From NCBI RefSeq assembly GCF_009914755.1, contig NC_060947.1: a stretch of DNA of 64,000 nucleotides; one strand, given 5' to 3'. This document shows, piece by piece, positions 34,478 to 50,340 of this stretch. The notes below the pieces were generated by a model that saw nothing but the letters and a program-made list of their open reading frames with translations, did not search any database and was not told the origin of the DNA. This stretch comes from the human T2T-CHM13v2.0 reference genome, Homo sapiens. Positions within the stretch are counted from its first letter, which is position 1, and each line of letters opens with the position of its first letter. A program made the translations under genes and the position numbers.

Positions 34478-34768
34478 TATTTTTTCCAAGACAGAGTCTT
34501 GCTTTGTCGCCCAGGCTGGAGTTCAATGGCACAATCTCCACTCACTGCAACCTCCACTTCCTGGGTACAAGCAATTCCCCCACTTCAGCCTCCCTCATAA
34601 CTGGAATTACAGGCACCCGCCATTATGCCCGGCTAATTTTTGTATTTTTGTAGAGACAGAGTTTCACCATATTGGCCAGGCTGTTCTTGAATTCCTGACC
34701 TCAGGTGATCTGCCCACCTTGGCCTCCCAAAGTGCTGGGATTACAGGTGTGAACCACTGCATCTGGCC
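34478..34768 (-). mobile_element. AluS
   Basis: TSD tgcccaatctttt at 34465-34477 and 34771-34783. Confidence 0.92.
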
Positions 34769-34849
34769 TCTGCCCAATCTTTTAGATCTTTCCTGACTAC
34801 TCGGGATCCTGATTTGCTCCCAGGTGTTAGTTCCACTGTCTGATCTTAA

Positions 34850-38150
<3,301 letters not shown>

Positions 38151-38289
38151 AAGGTTTTGTAGCCTGTATAAGGAATTCCAGGCAGGTGGGAGGGGCTTAA
38201 GATGGTGAGTGTCTATTGCTGTCTTTGAAATCATACTACACCTATATATAAGGCCACCCAAGTGTTAAACCAAGCTGAGATTTTAGGGT

Positions 38290-40650
38290 ATAATAGGTTA
38301 GCTTTGTCATCAGATGGACTTAAGTTTGAGGGTAGACTCTGTTATATATCAATTATGTGACCTTAGGCAAGTCACTTAATTCTCTGAGTCTGTTTTCTTG
38401 TCTATAAAATTGAGATAATGCCACCATAACAAGGTTGTTATATGAAATAAATTTATTAGCCCAACAAATATTGAGTGTCTTCTCTGTGCCAGGCACTCTT
38501 CTAGATATTTGTTCCTCAAAGTGTGTTCTATGTACTAGCAACATTGGCATCACCTGGGAGCTTATGGGAAATGTGGAGTCTTAGTATACTTAGAATCTAC
38601 ATTTTAACAAGAAAATCAATTGACGTTAACATTTGAGAAGCACTCTTCTAGACAGGCCACATTTATTGAATATGAATGTGACCATTCCAAGAGAAAAAAT
38701 AAAAACCTGTTTGAGGGCATGGACATTTTGGGTTTTGTCTCCTGAATCTGTGAAGTGGTAAAAAAATGATAGAGAACTCTGAAGAGCAGGGGCCACTATT
38801 TGAATGCCTGCCCAGGAAAGGAAGGATACGTTAGGCAGGGGCTGTGCCTCTAATACCTGCACCCAGCTCCAGCTGATTGTTGCAGTATGTGAATGCCAGC
38901 CCAGGACTGCCAGACCTTCTGATTTTTTCAAGAGAAGCTGGAAATGCAGAAGATCATGGAGAAGGGGATGTGCTTCACTCAGACAGATACCAAATTCTTT
39001 CACTCCTATCTAGAGACCTCTACTGTTGTGCTATCAATTTGTGGTCTAGGCTAGCAGCATCTGCATCATCTAGGAGCTGTTTGAAATGCTGAATCTCAGG
39101 CTGCATTCCAGACCTTCTGAATTAGAATCTGTATTTAAACAAGAGCTTGAGGTTGTTTGTATGCACAATAAACTCTGAGAAGCACTGCTTAGGTGCGGGG
39201 GATACAGTAGTGAACAAGGCAGCCAAGGCCTCTCTTTCTCACAGAGCTTACATTGTAGTGGAAAGAGACAATACAATAGACCTGTAATCTGATAAACAAG
39301 ACAATTTTAGATGGTGATAAGTACTGTGAAGAAAATAAAATGCGCAGGATGGCTTCTTCACTCACATGGATGGTGCTTAAGCTGGGCCCACAGATGAACT
39401 AGGAGAACCTAAACTGGGATGGCTAGATACTCTGGAAACTCGCTGGACATCTCTCTCTTCATGTGACTTCTCTACATGGGTAGCATGGGCTTCTTCATAG
39501 CATGATGTTCTTAGGGTAGTCACACTTGTTACAAAGTGGTTGGCTTTCCTCAGGACAAGCATTTCAAGAGACCAATGAGGAAACTCATTAGTCCAACAGA
39601 AAATGAAGGCCTACTCTGTGCCAGGCACTGTTCCCAGGTTCTTGTTACAAGTGCTCTTCTGATTTAGCCTCTGAAGCTTTACAGCATTACTTCTGCCACT
39701 TTCTACTGGTTAAAAGGGAGTTAGAGGACCAGCTCAGATTCAAGAATATAAACTACATAAGGATGTGAATAATGGTGGTATGATTCCTTGGGGAGTCTCA
39801 CCTTTGAAGACTAGCTACCAGAGGAAGTAATATTTGAGCTGAGACCTGAATGGTGCAAAGGAGCCAACAATACCAGGTTCTGGGCAAAAAGCACTGCAGA
39901 TAGAAAAAGCAGGCTGCTAAGGCCCTGAGATAGGAGCAAGGTTGAAATATTCAAGAGACATAAGGAGGACAATGTTGTTAAAGCATAGCGTGTAAAGGGA
40001 AGAGTCATAGAACACGAAACTGGAGAGGTAAGCAGAAGCCACATTATAAGTGAGGAGTTTGGATTTTACTCTAATCACAATGGGAAAGAATTGGAACATT
40101 TAAAGCAGGGAAGCAATGTGGCCTATCTTCTACATTAAAAGAGACCTACAACATTCTGTAAGCCAGTTGTCCTGGAGTCTTCAAAAATATCAGTTGTGAA
40201 AAACAAAAAAGGGTGTGTGTGGGGACATTCTAGATTTAAAAGGACTGAAGAGACATGACACAAAATTTATAGACATCAATGGGTTTCCAGATAGAGAACA
40301 AAGAGTAAATCTAAAAAGCAAATTTTTTAAACAACTGAGGAAATTAGAAGGTAGAATGCATATTAGTTAACATTGAATCAACACTTACTTTTTAAAGTTT
40401 GATAATACCACTGTGATTATATAGGAGACTATTCATGTTTTGGAGATACAGGCTGAAGTGTCCGTGAGTGAAATTTTATGATGTCTGCAATTAACTCTTT
40501 AAATGGTTTAACAACAATCGTGTGTGTGTGTGTGTGTGTGTAGATAGATGGATGGAAAAGAAGTATTCATTGCACTTTCTTTTTAGAATGTGTGCTATTT
40601 TTTCAACTTATCTGTAAGCTTGAAGATTTCCAGAATTAAAATCTGGGAAG
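38290..40650. mobile_element. Mosaic of ancient MIR, L2, MER5, MLT1 and L1MC fragments
   Basis: MIR core (tgtgaccttaggcaagtcacttaa), L2 (tgtgccaggcact, ggagtttggattttactct), MER5 (cattggcatcacctgggagctt), MLT1 (tctctctcttcatgtgacttctc). Individual boundaries not resolved. Confidence 0.6.
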
Positions 40651-41659
40651 TGAAGGGGAAGGACCTGTAAATTGCATTCTACAGTGTTTGGTATATGATA
40701 GATGGTCAATAAATACTGTTGAGGAGGAAGTCTGCCAGGCAGATCTGGTTGTGGGTGACACTGTACTGCAGAAGAGCATAATCGGACATTTTATAAAGAA
40801 TAAATAGCTATATGCTTTATAGCTATTTTAGGAAAGTTAACAACTCTTAACATTATTTTCTTCATCTGTAGAGTGAGAGTGTTAACCCCCATATTTCCTT
40901 CAGGGTAGTTGAGAAGCTCAGTTTGAAAAGTAGTAAGTCCTTTCTAGGCATAAAGTATGGAAGTCTCACATGCTGAGCACACAAATATTATCATCTATTT
41001 AATGAGTGCTACTCTATGCCTGTGCATCAAAGTGAGGTAGCTTTGTCTCCTGGGTTAGCAGGAGAAATTAACAAAATGTAGGGAGCTTAAAATTCTAGAG
41101 GTTGATGCTAATACAGTAGAGGCGTCCACTACTCCCTCCTTCAACTACAAAAGGTGTTAAGAGTTTGAATTTTCCTTGATGGATGGTAGGAGCACCATAA
41201 GGCTGGGCTCCAAGGGCAACTAAGTTCAATTATTTTGAATCTTCACAAGTCAATCACTCTGCTCCTACTTGAACAACACCAGGTTTGGAGAATTCATTTT
41301 CTTTCAAGGCAGCCTGTTCTTCATTCAGGGGACTCCGATTTTAGAAAGTTCTACATTATACTGAACTGGAATTTGCTTTCAGGTCTGCTCCACCTGATCC
41401 CTTCATAACTCTGAAGACAGAAACCCATTCTCCTGTGGCTTCTTGGATTCAAGATAAATAGTCCCTCTCCTCAGACCCTTTTACCTGAGACCTGGATTCC
41501 AGCCTCCAGTTTAGATTCTAGGTATTTCTCAGAATTCAGATGCACAGAGCCAGACCCAATCCTCTGATGCTTCCAATACCCATGACTGAGGAAGTAGTAC
41601 ATCAACTGTTTTTCTTGTGGAGTCCAAGACCTAACTTGGGTAGAAAAAGTGACTCTGAA

Positions 41660-41958
41660 ACCAGAGAGCGGCATGCCTATATTATGTGCCTTTTGCCTGC
41701 CTCCTTCCCTCAGGACCAGCCTCTGGAAACAGAAAGTGGTGGCGGCATCGTGCATGCGTCTGTCGCAGAGCCCCGAATGTGCCACGGCATCACCCCCTCG
41801 CCCAGCAGCGCTTCCTGGTTAGGTCCTAGGGGCCCTGAGGCTTCTGCCGGGCTGCAGTCTCTTTCTTGTCTGCGGGGCGGACGGCAGGGGCTGTCCCTGA
41901 GCACCAGCGACCAGCCGCAGAGTGCTATGCCTCTAGGGTGGGCTCACCCATGGTAGGT
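41660..41958 (+). promoter_or_regulatory. Small CpG/GC-rich unique segment: candidate promoter and first exon ending at ATG|GTAGGT
   Basis: About 15 CpGs in ~270 bp within CpG-poor surroundings; GC box ggggcgga at 41874; strong 5' splice site at 41953. Confidence 0.5.
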
Positions 41959-44900
41959 GAATCCCCAACTCTTCCTCCCCACTGAGTCCTGTTAGCTTAG
42001 CGCCTCTCCTTCCTCTTGTATTGTTCTTGTTAAAAAGAGGAGGAGGAGAGATAGGGAAGCAACTCTGCTTTCTCACCCTGGCTCAGAATACCCTGGTTAA
42101 AATGGGAAGAGGGTACAGGAAGCAGCTCTAAGTTAGGGAGAAACAATTATACATTTGCTTCTGTACTTTCTCTGCTTGAGTTGTGCTACCAGTCACAAAC
42201 ATTTAGGGAGCACATAAAACAAGAGAGAGATAAGGAAGACTTCATTTATTTTTTCAAACATTTCACAGCAAAGGATAGCGGGACTGAGGGAATAACAGAT
42301 ATGCACACTAATCAATTAGAATACAGTATAATCAATCTTCTTAAAGATGGATGAACTGCCATTTAGGAGGAGGCAGCTAATTTACGCTGGGAAAGTTGGG
42401 GAAGATTTAACACTTAATATGATATTCGCAGTGGGTTTTTTAAATTGAGCTTGCTAAGCACAGAAGTAGGGATACAACATGCTGGTATACTGAGGGAACA
42501 AACATCATGTGCAAAGAGACAGGTGAATGAAAGGAGATAGCAAATTGATAGTAATTTGTAATTGCTTCAGGTTAGGGCATGTATCCAAGGGAAGAGGCAT
42601 CAGGATATAAAGAGTAAGAAGAGAAAGGAAGTTTGGGATCTAGTTTTGATGCTACACTGAGAAGTTGGTCTCACCCTGTTGATTGGGAATTGTTAAATTT
42701 TTATCAGAAAAGTGACATGAACAGAAATGTAGAGGATTAATAGGAAGTTGAAATTGTGAAAGGAAATTTTGTTAAAAATTAAAGAAAAAAAGAAATAAGT
42801 ACATAAATGATAAATACATGAAAACAGATAAATGAGAAGAGTAGAGACTGTCTGTCTAAAGAACTAAATTATAGTCCCAGATTGCTTTGGTTGCTCTAAT
42901 CCCTGGCTGTGTAGACCCTGAGCAGGTGGTAGAAGTGGGTTCTTTGATTCAGACAACCAAAACATATTGAGAAACTATTATATACCTGGGAACATGCTGT
43001 GCAATTTTACATACATTATATTTTTCCATTTGGTTTCTGAATATCAGATTTGATTGTTCCCCTATACCAGGTTACTAGTCATCTCTCTTCTGCGTCTCTT
43101 GCCCCAACCTGGATGTAGGAACAAAAGTACTAGACCAAGAATCAGAAGGCCAATGATCTAGTCCCAGTTATTAATCTAATCTGCTATGTGACCCTGGGCA
43201 ATCCCTTTTCCCCTCTTTTGGCTCCACTTTTCCTCATCAGTACAAAAAAGGGCTTGGATTAGTCTCCAAGGACACTTCCCACCCTGTTATACAATTTCCT
43301 GAAAAAGGGATACAGATGCAGTGAATGCTACATAGATTATAAGCAGGAGAATAACCCTATTGGCTGGGATGGTCAAGAAAGACATCTTGAAGGAGGTAAA
43401 ACATGAACAGGACCTGGTAGAAAGCTAGGTGTGTCTTTCATAGATTATTTTCCAATTCCTAGAGCTGAAGGGCAGGGACACTTATAATAACAGTATACTG
43501 TCATGGCAAAAACATAGATTTGGAGTTGGGCCTGGAGAGAAATACTGGCTCTGCCACTATTATGTGACTTTTCAGATTATTTTCTATAAAAGCAGTATAG
43601 TAATAATAACTCCTTGAGAGGGTTTCTGAGAGTAAATTTATAAATGGTGGTACTTAACCTATCACCTAGAGTAGATGCCCAAATGCGGTTTTTCTCTTCC
43701 TTGCTCCTTTCCTGAGCTTCTCTGCTCCATGGTTTATGCTGATACAGGGGGCACCTAGCAAGCTGTCTGTCAATGCTGGTTTGTTCGTAATTCAGTTTGA
43801 TTGCTGAGTCTGCAGTCAAGCCTCTGGAGGTACCTAAAATGTTTTTGAACTGGTAAGTGGTTGTGTGGTTCAGAGTGTAAATGTCCTCCCAGTACCATAA
43901 CATTAATTCATCAAATTAATCAATTCATCACATAAACAAATTCCCTGCTGTTGCTCATGGCTTAGCAGAGACTGGGAGTTCTTGCTAGCAGGAGAAAGAT
44001 GATCATAACAACTAATTGAAATTCATATAACCTGGAACCGAAAGTACGACCCTTTGTGATATTTTTTTAAATAATGGCAGCAATTTCATACAACTATAAC
44101 ATCCCATTGAGAAGGGGATATGACCCTGTGGCCATGTTTTGCTCCCCGAGCTACTGGATTCAAAAGGAGTTGTGCTGGAAAAAAACAAATAGCAACAGCA
44201 ATAATTACACAGGTAGGTTTTCTACTCTTTGAGTATAAATAGTTGTAGGGCTGAAGTCATGTTGCACTCTGGAGGACATGAGGGATTGTGGGAGAAATTC
44301 CGTGAAACATAGGTGTCCCCACCCAACCATATATGTACATAGTCCCCGTCTCCACCTCAACAGAGAGACATGTATGTATGCACATATGTACTGCCCTATT
44401 TCAAAGAAATAGATGTGCACATAGATGTAGATGACAGAAAGCAGGGACTTTGCCACTGCACAAGAGAGGGAAGCTGATTGGCCGAAACGTCCCGATCCTG
44501 GTGCCAATGTGCAACTGTCATCTGATTCTTTTCATTCCTATCTCTGATCCAGAACAGAAGATAAACCTGGAAGGGTCTCTAAGTGGTTGACTGCAAGCAT
44601 CTCATTGTACATATGGGGCAACTGGAGTCCAGAGAGGGAAAAGGATTTGCCTAAGGAAACAGAGAATCAGTGGCAGGGCCGAGACAGGAAGAATCCAAAC
44701 CCTGACTACAATATGTAGCCCAACAGTGTTTCCTAAATTGTTGTACCAGCACCACTGGTCTGTGATAAGCAAGACAATTTTAGGTGGTACATAGATGACT
44801 TTTTAATTTTGATAGTTATGTATATCTATTTGTAATGTATTTAGAAAAACTCACTAGCAGATCAGAGCAATGATTTCATGGATAGTATTGTTTAAGATAT

Positions 44901-45158
44901 GGTAGAAATCATGAAGGTAGTATACTAATAGTTGTGGTTGGTGAAACACTGTGGTGGTATAAAGGGTCTTGGGGCCAGCAAAGCCTGGGTTTGAACCTAA
45001 CTCAGATGCTTCCTACTATCATGGATTCTTGGTCAAGTTTTCTTCTCTCTCTAAGCTTCCGATTCCTCATCTATAAAATAGAGATACTCATAGCTACCTC
45101 TAAGGTAACTGTGAGGATTAAGAATAAGCATGTACAAATACCTACTAAAGTTAAATAT

Positions 45159-46592
45159 CTTTTTTTATTTTTTATTTTTATTTTTATTTTTTTTAGTATT
45201 TATTGATCATTCTTGGGTGTTCTCGGAGAGGGGGATTTGGCAGGGTCATAGGACAATAGTGGAGGGAAGGTCAGCAGATAAACATGTGAACAAGGGTCTC
45301 TGGTTTTCCTAGGCAGAGGACCCTGCGGCCTTCCCCAGTGTTTGTGTCCCTGGGTACTTGAGATTAGGGAGTTGTGATGACTCTTAACGAGCATGCTGCC
45401 TTCAAGCATCTGTTTAACAAAGCACATCTTGCACCGCCCTTAATCTATTTAACCCTGAGTGGACACAGCACATGTTTCAGAGAGCACGGGGTTGGGGGTA
45501 AGGTTATAGATTAACAGCATCCCAAGGCAGAAGAATTTTTCCCAGCACAGAACAAAATGGACTCTCCTATGTCTAGTTCTTTCTACACAGACACAGTAAC
45601 AATCTGATTTCTCTTTCTTTTCCCCACATTTCCCCCTTTTCTATTCGACAAAACCACCATCGTCATCATGGCCTGTTCTCAATGAGCTGTTGGGTACACC
45701 TCACCTCCCAGACGGGGTGGCGGCGGGGCAGAGGGGCTCCTCACTTCCCAGACGGGGTGGCTGGGCAGAGGTGCCCCCCACCTCCCGGACGGGGCAGCGG
45801 CCGGGCGGGGGCTGCCCCCCACCTCCCTCCCGGATGGGTTGGCTGGCCGGGCGGGGTCTGCCCCCCACCTCCCTGATGGGGCGGCTGCCGGGCGGAGGGG
45901 CTCCTCACTTCCCAGACGGGGCGGCTGCCGGGCGGAGGGACTCCTCACTTCTCAGATGGGGCGGCTGGGCAGAGACGCTCCTCACCTCCCAGATGGGGCG
46001 GCTGTCGGGCAGAGACACTCTTCAGTTCCCAGACAGGGTCGCCACCAGGCAGAGGCGCTCCTCACATCCCAGACGATGGGCGGCCGGGCTGAGACGCTCC
46101 TCACTTCCCAGACGGGGTGGCGGCCAGGCAGAGGCTGCAATCTCGGCACTTTGGGAGGCCAAGGCAGGCGGCTGGGAGGTGGAGGTTGTGGCGAGCCGAG
46201 ATCACGCCATTGCACTCCAGCCTGGGCAACATTGAGCACTGAGTGAGTGAGACTCCGTCTGCAATCCCAGCACCTCGGGAGGCCGAGGCGGGCAGATCAC
46301 TCGCGGTCAGGAGCTGGAGACCAGCCTGGCCAACACAGCAAAACCCCGTCTCCACCAAAAAATACAAAAAACAGTCAGGCGTGGTGGTATGCGCCTGCAA
46401 TCCCAGGCACTCGGCAGGCTGAGGCAGGAGAATCAGGCAGGGAGGTTGCAGTGAGCCGAGATGGCGGCAGTACAGTCCAGCCTCAGCTGGGCATCAGAGG
46501 GAGACCGTGGAGAGAGAGGGAGAGGGAGAGGGAGACCGTGGAGAGGGAGAGGGAGAGGGACAGGGAGAGGGAGAGGGAGAGGGAGAGGGAGA
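45159..46592 (-). mobile_element. Full-length SVA (older subfamily, SVA_A/B-like)
   Basis: Poly-T, SINE-R (~45195-45685), GC-rich VNTR (~45690-46125), Alu-like region and (AGAGGG)n hexamers; TSD taaag(t/c)taaatat at 45146-45158 and 46593-46605. Confidence 0.95.
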
Positions 46593-46689
46593 TAAAGCTA
46601 AATATACATGCTATCTATGACCCAGAGATCCCCAGGAGTAGTCCTGGGGATGCACTCAATTCAAGTGAGTGTTTATAGCTCCATTGATA

Positions 46690-46975
46690 ATACATTTTCA
46701 ATAGGCAGCAGGAAAGTGAGGTCCTCAGTCAGCAGCCTGCATGTAACTGAATGTTGCTATTAACTACATGAGTTTGGAAGTGGATATTTTCCTGTTCCCA
46801 GTTGAGACCACAGCCCTTGCCAATATCTTGATTTCAGCTTTATATCCTGAAGCAGAAGACCCAGCCAAGCCATGAACAGACTCCTGACCCACAGAAACTA
46901 TGAGATAATAGATGTCTGTTATTTTAATGTGCTAAGTTTCTGGTAATATTGTTACACAGAAATAGATGACTAATA
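46690..46975 (+). mobile_element. MLT1 LTR fragment
   Basis: gactcctgacccacagaaactatgagataat...ttgttacacagaaatagatgactaata. Confidence 0.7.
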
Positions 46976-47300
46976 AAATGGAACAATATAAATGGATTTC
47001 AAAAACATGCTTAGTGAAAGAGACCAGACCCAAAAGTACACATATTGTGTGATTACATTTATATGAAGTTCAGGCATTATATATTTATACATTATATGAA
47101 CAACAGGCAAAACTAATCCAAAGTGATAAAACTCAGAAAAAGGATTACCTCTAGGAAGTTATCAAATGGAAGGGGCATTAAGGGAGCATCTGGGAACGAT
47201 GGAAATATTCTATATCTTGACCTGGATGTTGACCCCCAGGTGTATATTTTAATCAAAACTCATCAAATGTACAGTTGAAATTAATGCAATTTACTTACCA
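46976..47300 (+). mobile_element. L1MC/ME 3' fragment
   Basis: agtgaaagagaccagac...acaggcaaaactaatc...ggaaatattctatatcttga. Confidence 0.65.
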
Positions 47301-47413
47301 TATAGGTATTTTAGAACTTCAGAAGAAAATAAACAAAATGCCCTTTTTAGGGGTTGGAATTCAAACAAAAATGCAAGCATAGTCTTTAAGTGGTAAGCAA
47401 AATATGGGCTTTT

Positions 47414-49312
47414 TTTTTAAATTAAAAACACGTTATTGCTAAAAATGCTAACAATCATCAGAGCCTTCAGCAAGTTATAATCTTTTTGCAGTGGAGGGCC
47501 TTGCCTCGATGTTTTTAGGTTCAGGAGTACATATACAGATGTGTTATATAGGTAAACTTGTGTCTTGGGGGTTTGTTGTACAGATTATTTTATCACCTAG
47601 GTATTAAGCCTAGTATCCATTAGTTATTTTTCCTGATACTCTCCCTCCTCCCACCCTCCAACCTCTAATAGGTCCCAGTGTGTGTTGTTTCCCTCTATGT
47701 GTCCATGTGTTCTCATCATTTATCTTCCACTTGTAAATGAGAATATGCAGTATTGAGTATTTGGTTTTCTGTTCCTGTATTAGTTTGCTAAGGATAATGA
47801 CCTCCAGCTCCATCCATGTCCCGGAAAAGGACACAATCTTGTTCTTTTTTAAGGCTGCATAGTATTCCATGGTGTATATGTACCACTTTTTTTTTTAATC
47901 CACTCTACCATTGATGGGCATTTAGGTTGATTCCATGTCTTTGCTACTGTGAATAGTGTGGCAACAAACATAAGCATGCATGAGTTTTTATAATAGAATG
48001 ATTTATATTTCTTTGGGTATATACCCAGTAATGAGATTGCTGGGTCGAGTGGTATGTCTGTCTTTAGGTCTTTAAGGAATTGCTACACTGTCTTCCACGA
48101 TGGCTGAACTAATTTACATTCCCACCAACAGTGTATAAGCCTTCCTTTTTCTCTGTAACCTCACCAGCATCTGTTATTTTTTGACTTTTTAGTAGCCATT
48201 CTGACGGGTGTAAGATGGTATCTCATTGTGATTTTGATTTGCATTTCTCTAACGGTCAGTGATGTTGAGCTGTTTTCATATGGTTGATGGCTGTATGTAT
48301 GTCTTCTGAGAAGTGTGTTCATGTACTTTGCCCATTTTTTAATGGGATTGTTTGCTTTTTTGCTTGTAAATCTGTTTAAGTTCCTTATAGATGCTGGATA
48401 TTAGAACTTTGTCAGATGAATATTTTGCAAAAATTTTCTTCCATGCTGTATGTTGTTTGTTTATTGATAGTTTTTTTTTCTGTGCAGAAGCTCTTTAGTT
48501 TAATTAGATTCCATTTGTCAATTTTTGCTTTTCTTACAATTGCTTTTGGCATCTTCATCATGAAATCTTTGCCTGTGTCTATGTCCTGAATGATATAGCC
48601 TAGGTTGTCTCCCAGGGTTTTCATAGTTTTTGGTTTTACATTTAAGTCTTTAATCCATTTCGAGTTAATTTTTATGTATGGTATAAGGAAGGGGTCCAGT
48701 TTCAATCTTCTGCATATGGCTAGCCAGTTATCAAAGCATCATTTATTGAATAGGGAATCCTTTCTCTATTGATTGTTTTTGTCAGGTTTGTCGAAGATCA
48801 GATGGCTGTAGGTGTGTGATTTTATTTCTGGTTTCTCTATTCTGCTCCATTGGTCTATGTGTCTATTTTTGTGCCAGTATGCTGTTTTGGTTATTGTAGC
48901 CCTGTAGTATACTTTGAAGTCGGGTAGAGCGATGCCTCCAGTTTTGTTCTTTTTGCTTAGGATTGTCTCAGCTATTTGGTTTCTTTTTTTGTTCCATAAG
49001 AATTTTAAAATAGTTTTTTCTAGTTCTGTGAAGAATCTCAATGGTAGTTTAATAGGAATAGCATTGGGTGTATAAATGTGTTTGGGCAGTATGGCCATTT
49101 TAATGATATTGGTTCTGTCTACCCATGCGCAAGGAATGTTTTTCCATTTGTTTGTGTCATCTCTGATTTCTTTGAGCAGTGATTTGTAGCTCTCCTTGTA
49201 GAGATCTTTCACCTCCATTGTAAGCTGTATTTCTAGATATTTTATTCTTTTTGTGGCAATTGTGAATGGGAGATCATTCCTGATTTGGCTCTCAGCTTGA
49301 CTGTTGTTGGTG
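47414..49312 (-). mobile_element. 5'-truncated L1PA (PA8-13 age) carrying a ~95-bp Tigger1-derived 3' extension
   Basis: ORF2p pieces 48766..49218, 48412..48705 and 47610..47870; 15-bp TSD aaaatatgggctttt at 47399-47413 and 49313-49327. Confidence 0.9.
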
Positions 49313-49709
49313 AAAATATGGGCTTTTGATATGTGCCCTGGTCTCTCCTTGCCCAGGGCTCATTCTACCACTTCGAGCTGTTTTCTATCTCTTCCTGAAA
49401 TGTCTAAGGGGTAGTGGGATAGATGGGGTAATCTATGGAGAATTAATCTGGAGAGGCCTTATTATTTTTGGTTGGAGTTTCAGGCCACTCACGGGTGTTT
49501 CATCCATCCTGCCCTTTTGTTTACAGCTCTGAAAACCACCTGTACTCTCACTCTGGGTAATGAGTGGCTGAAAGATGTGCTAAACACAGCAAGGTGAAAT
49601 ATCTAAAGTTGAAAAATCTCAGACCACTGGAGCCAAGTATATCAACCTTCCACACCATTCACCCTGGCTGGCCTCACACTCAGCCACATATGGAAGCAGA
49701 CGCCTGACA

Positions 49710-49710
<1 letters not shown>

Positions 49711-49740
<30 letters not shown>
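49711..49740. repeat. (CA)n microsatellite
   Basis: Directly visible. Confidence 0.95.
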
Positions 49741-49743
<3 letters not shown>

Positions 49744-50149
49744 GCCCAGCCAAATTCCTTTGGATTTTGATATAAATCAACAGGATAAATATTTCCTTTT
49801 GGACTTGCTTGATGCTCAACTCTGTATAAGGATCAGTGGGGGACTTCAAACCTCACTTTTGTCACACTGACCTTTAAGCATGGTTGGTAAAATCTTTTGA
49901 GATAATAGTTGGGGAAACACCTGAAAAACTGGGATATGAGATAGAAAGACATGTGAGCAGCAAATCCTTGTGCATATTAAGTGCTTGAGTAAGGTTTTTA
50001 CAAACCAAAAGAATTGAGAACTGGTGTCCCTGCCAGTTTTTTTGTGAAGTACCTGGTAATGATGCCTCCCTGTTTCTGTTCTGCCAGCTTCTGAGTATAA
50101 ATCCAGCTGAGGTTCAAGCCAACATTTAAGTTAATTCCTCCACAGTGAT

Positions 50150-50340
50150 ATCGTCCAGCTGTTAAATTACCTCCAGTCTTAGAGTCCTTCAAATTCTCAA
50201 GACACTGTGAAACAGAGACAAGCCATCTCCACTGTACCCTATTCCAATTCTTTGCCCACAGAAACCATGAGCATGATAAAATGGTTGCTTTATATCTCTC
50301 TAGTTTTGAGGTGGTTTGTTAAGCGGCAATAGATAAATAC
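50150..50340 (+). mobile_element. MLT1 LTR 3' fragment
   Basis: cccacagaaaccatgagcatgataaaatggttgcttt...tagttttgaggtggtttgttaagcggcaatagataa. Confidence 0.65.

Noticed and set aside
41540-41956. 138-aa ORF over the CpG-rich segment
   Set aside because: No recognisable domain; length is compatible with high GC content. Treated as regulatory/first-exon sequence instead.
44429-44523. Possible hairpin (agatgacag...ctgtcatct enclosing attggc...gccaat)
   Set aside because: Only 9-bp and 6-bp stems with a large asymmetric interior; I recognise no miRNA or snoRNA. Folding plus conservation analysis would be needed to revive it.
45679-46678. Several overlapping 60-180 aa GC-rich ORFs
   Set aside because: Products of the stop-poor SVA VNTR, Alu-like and hexamer sequence.
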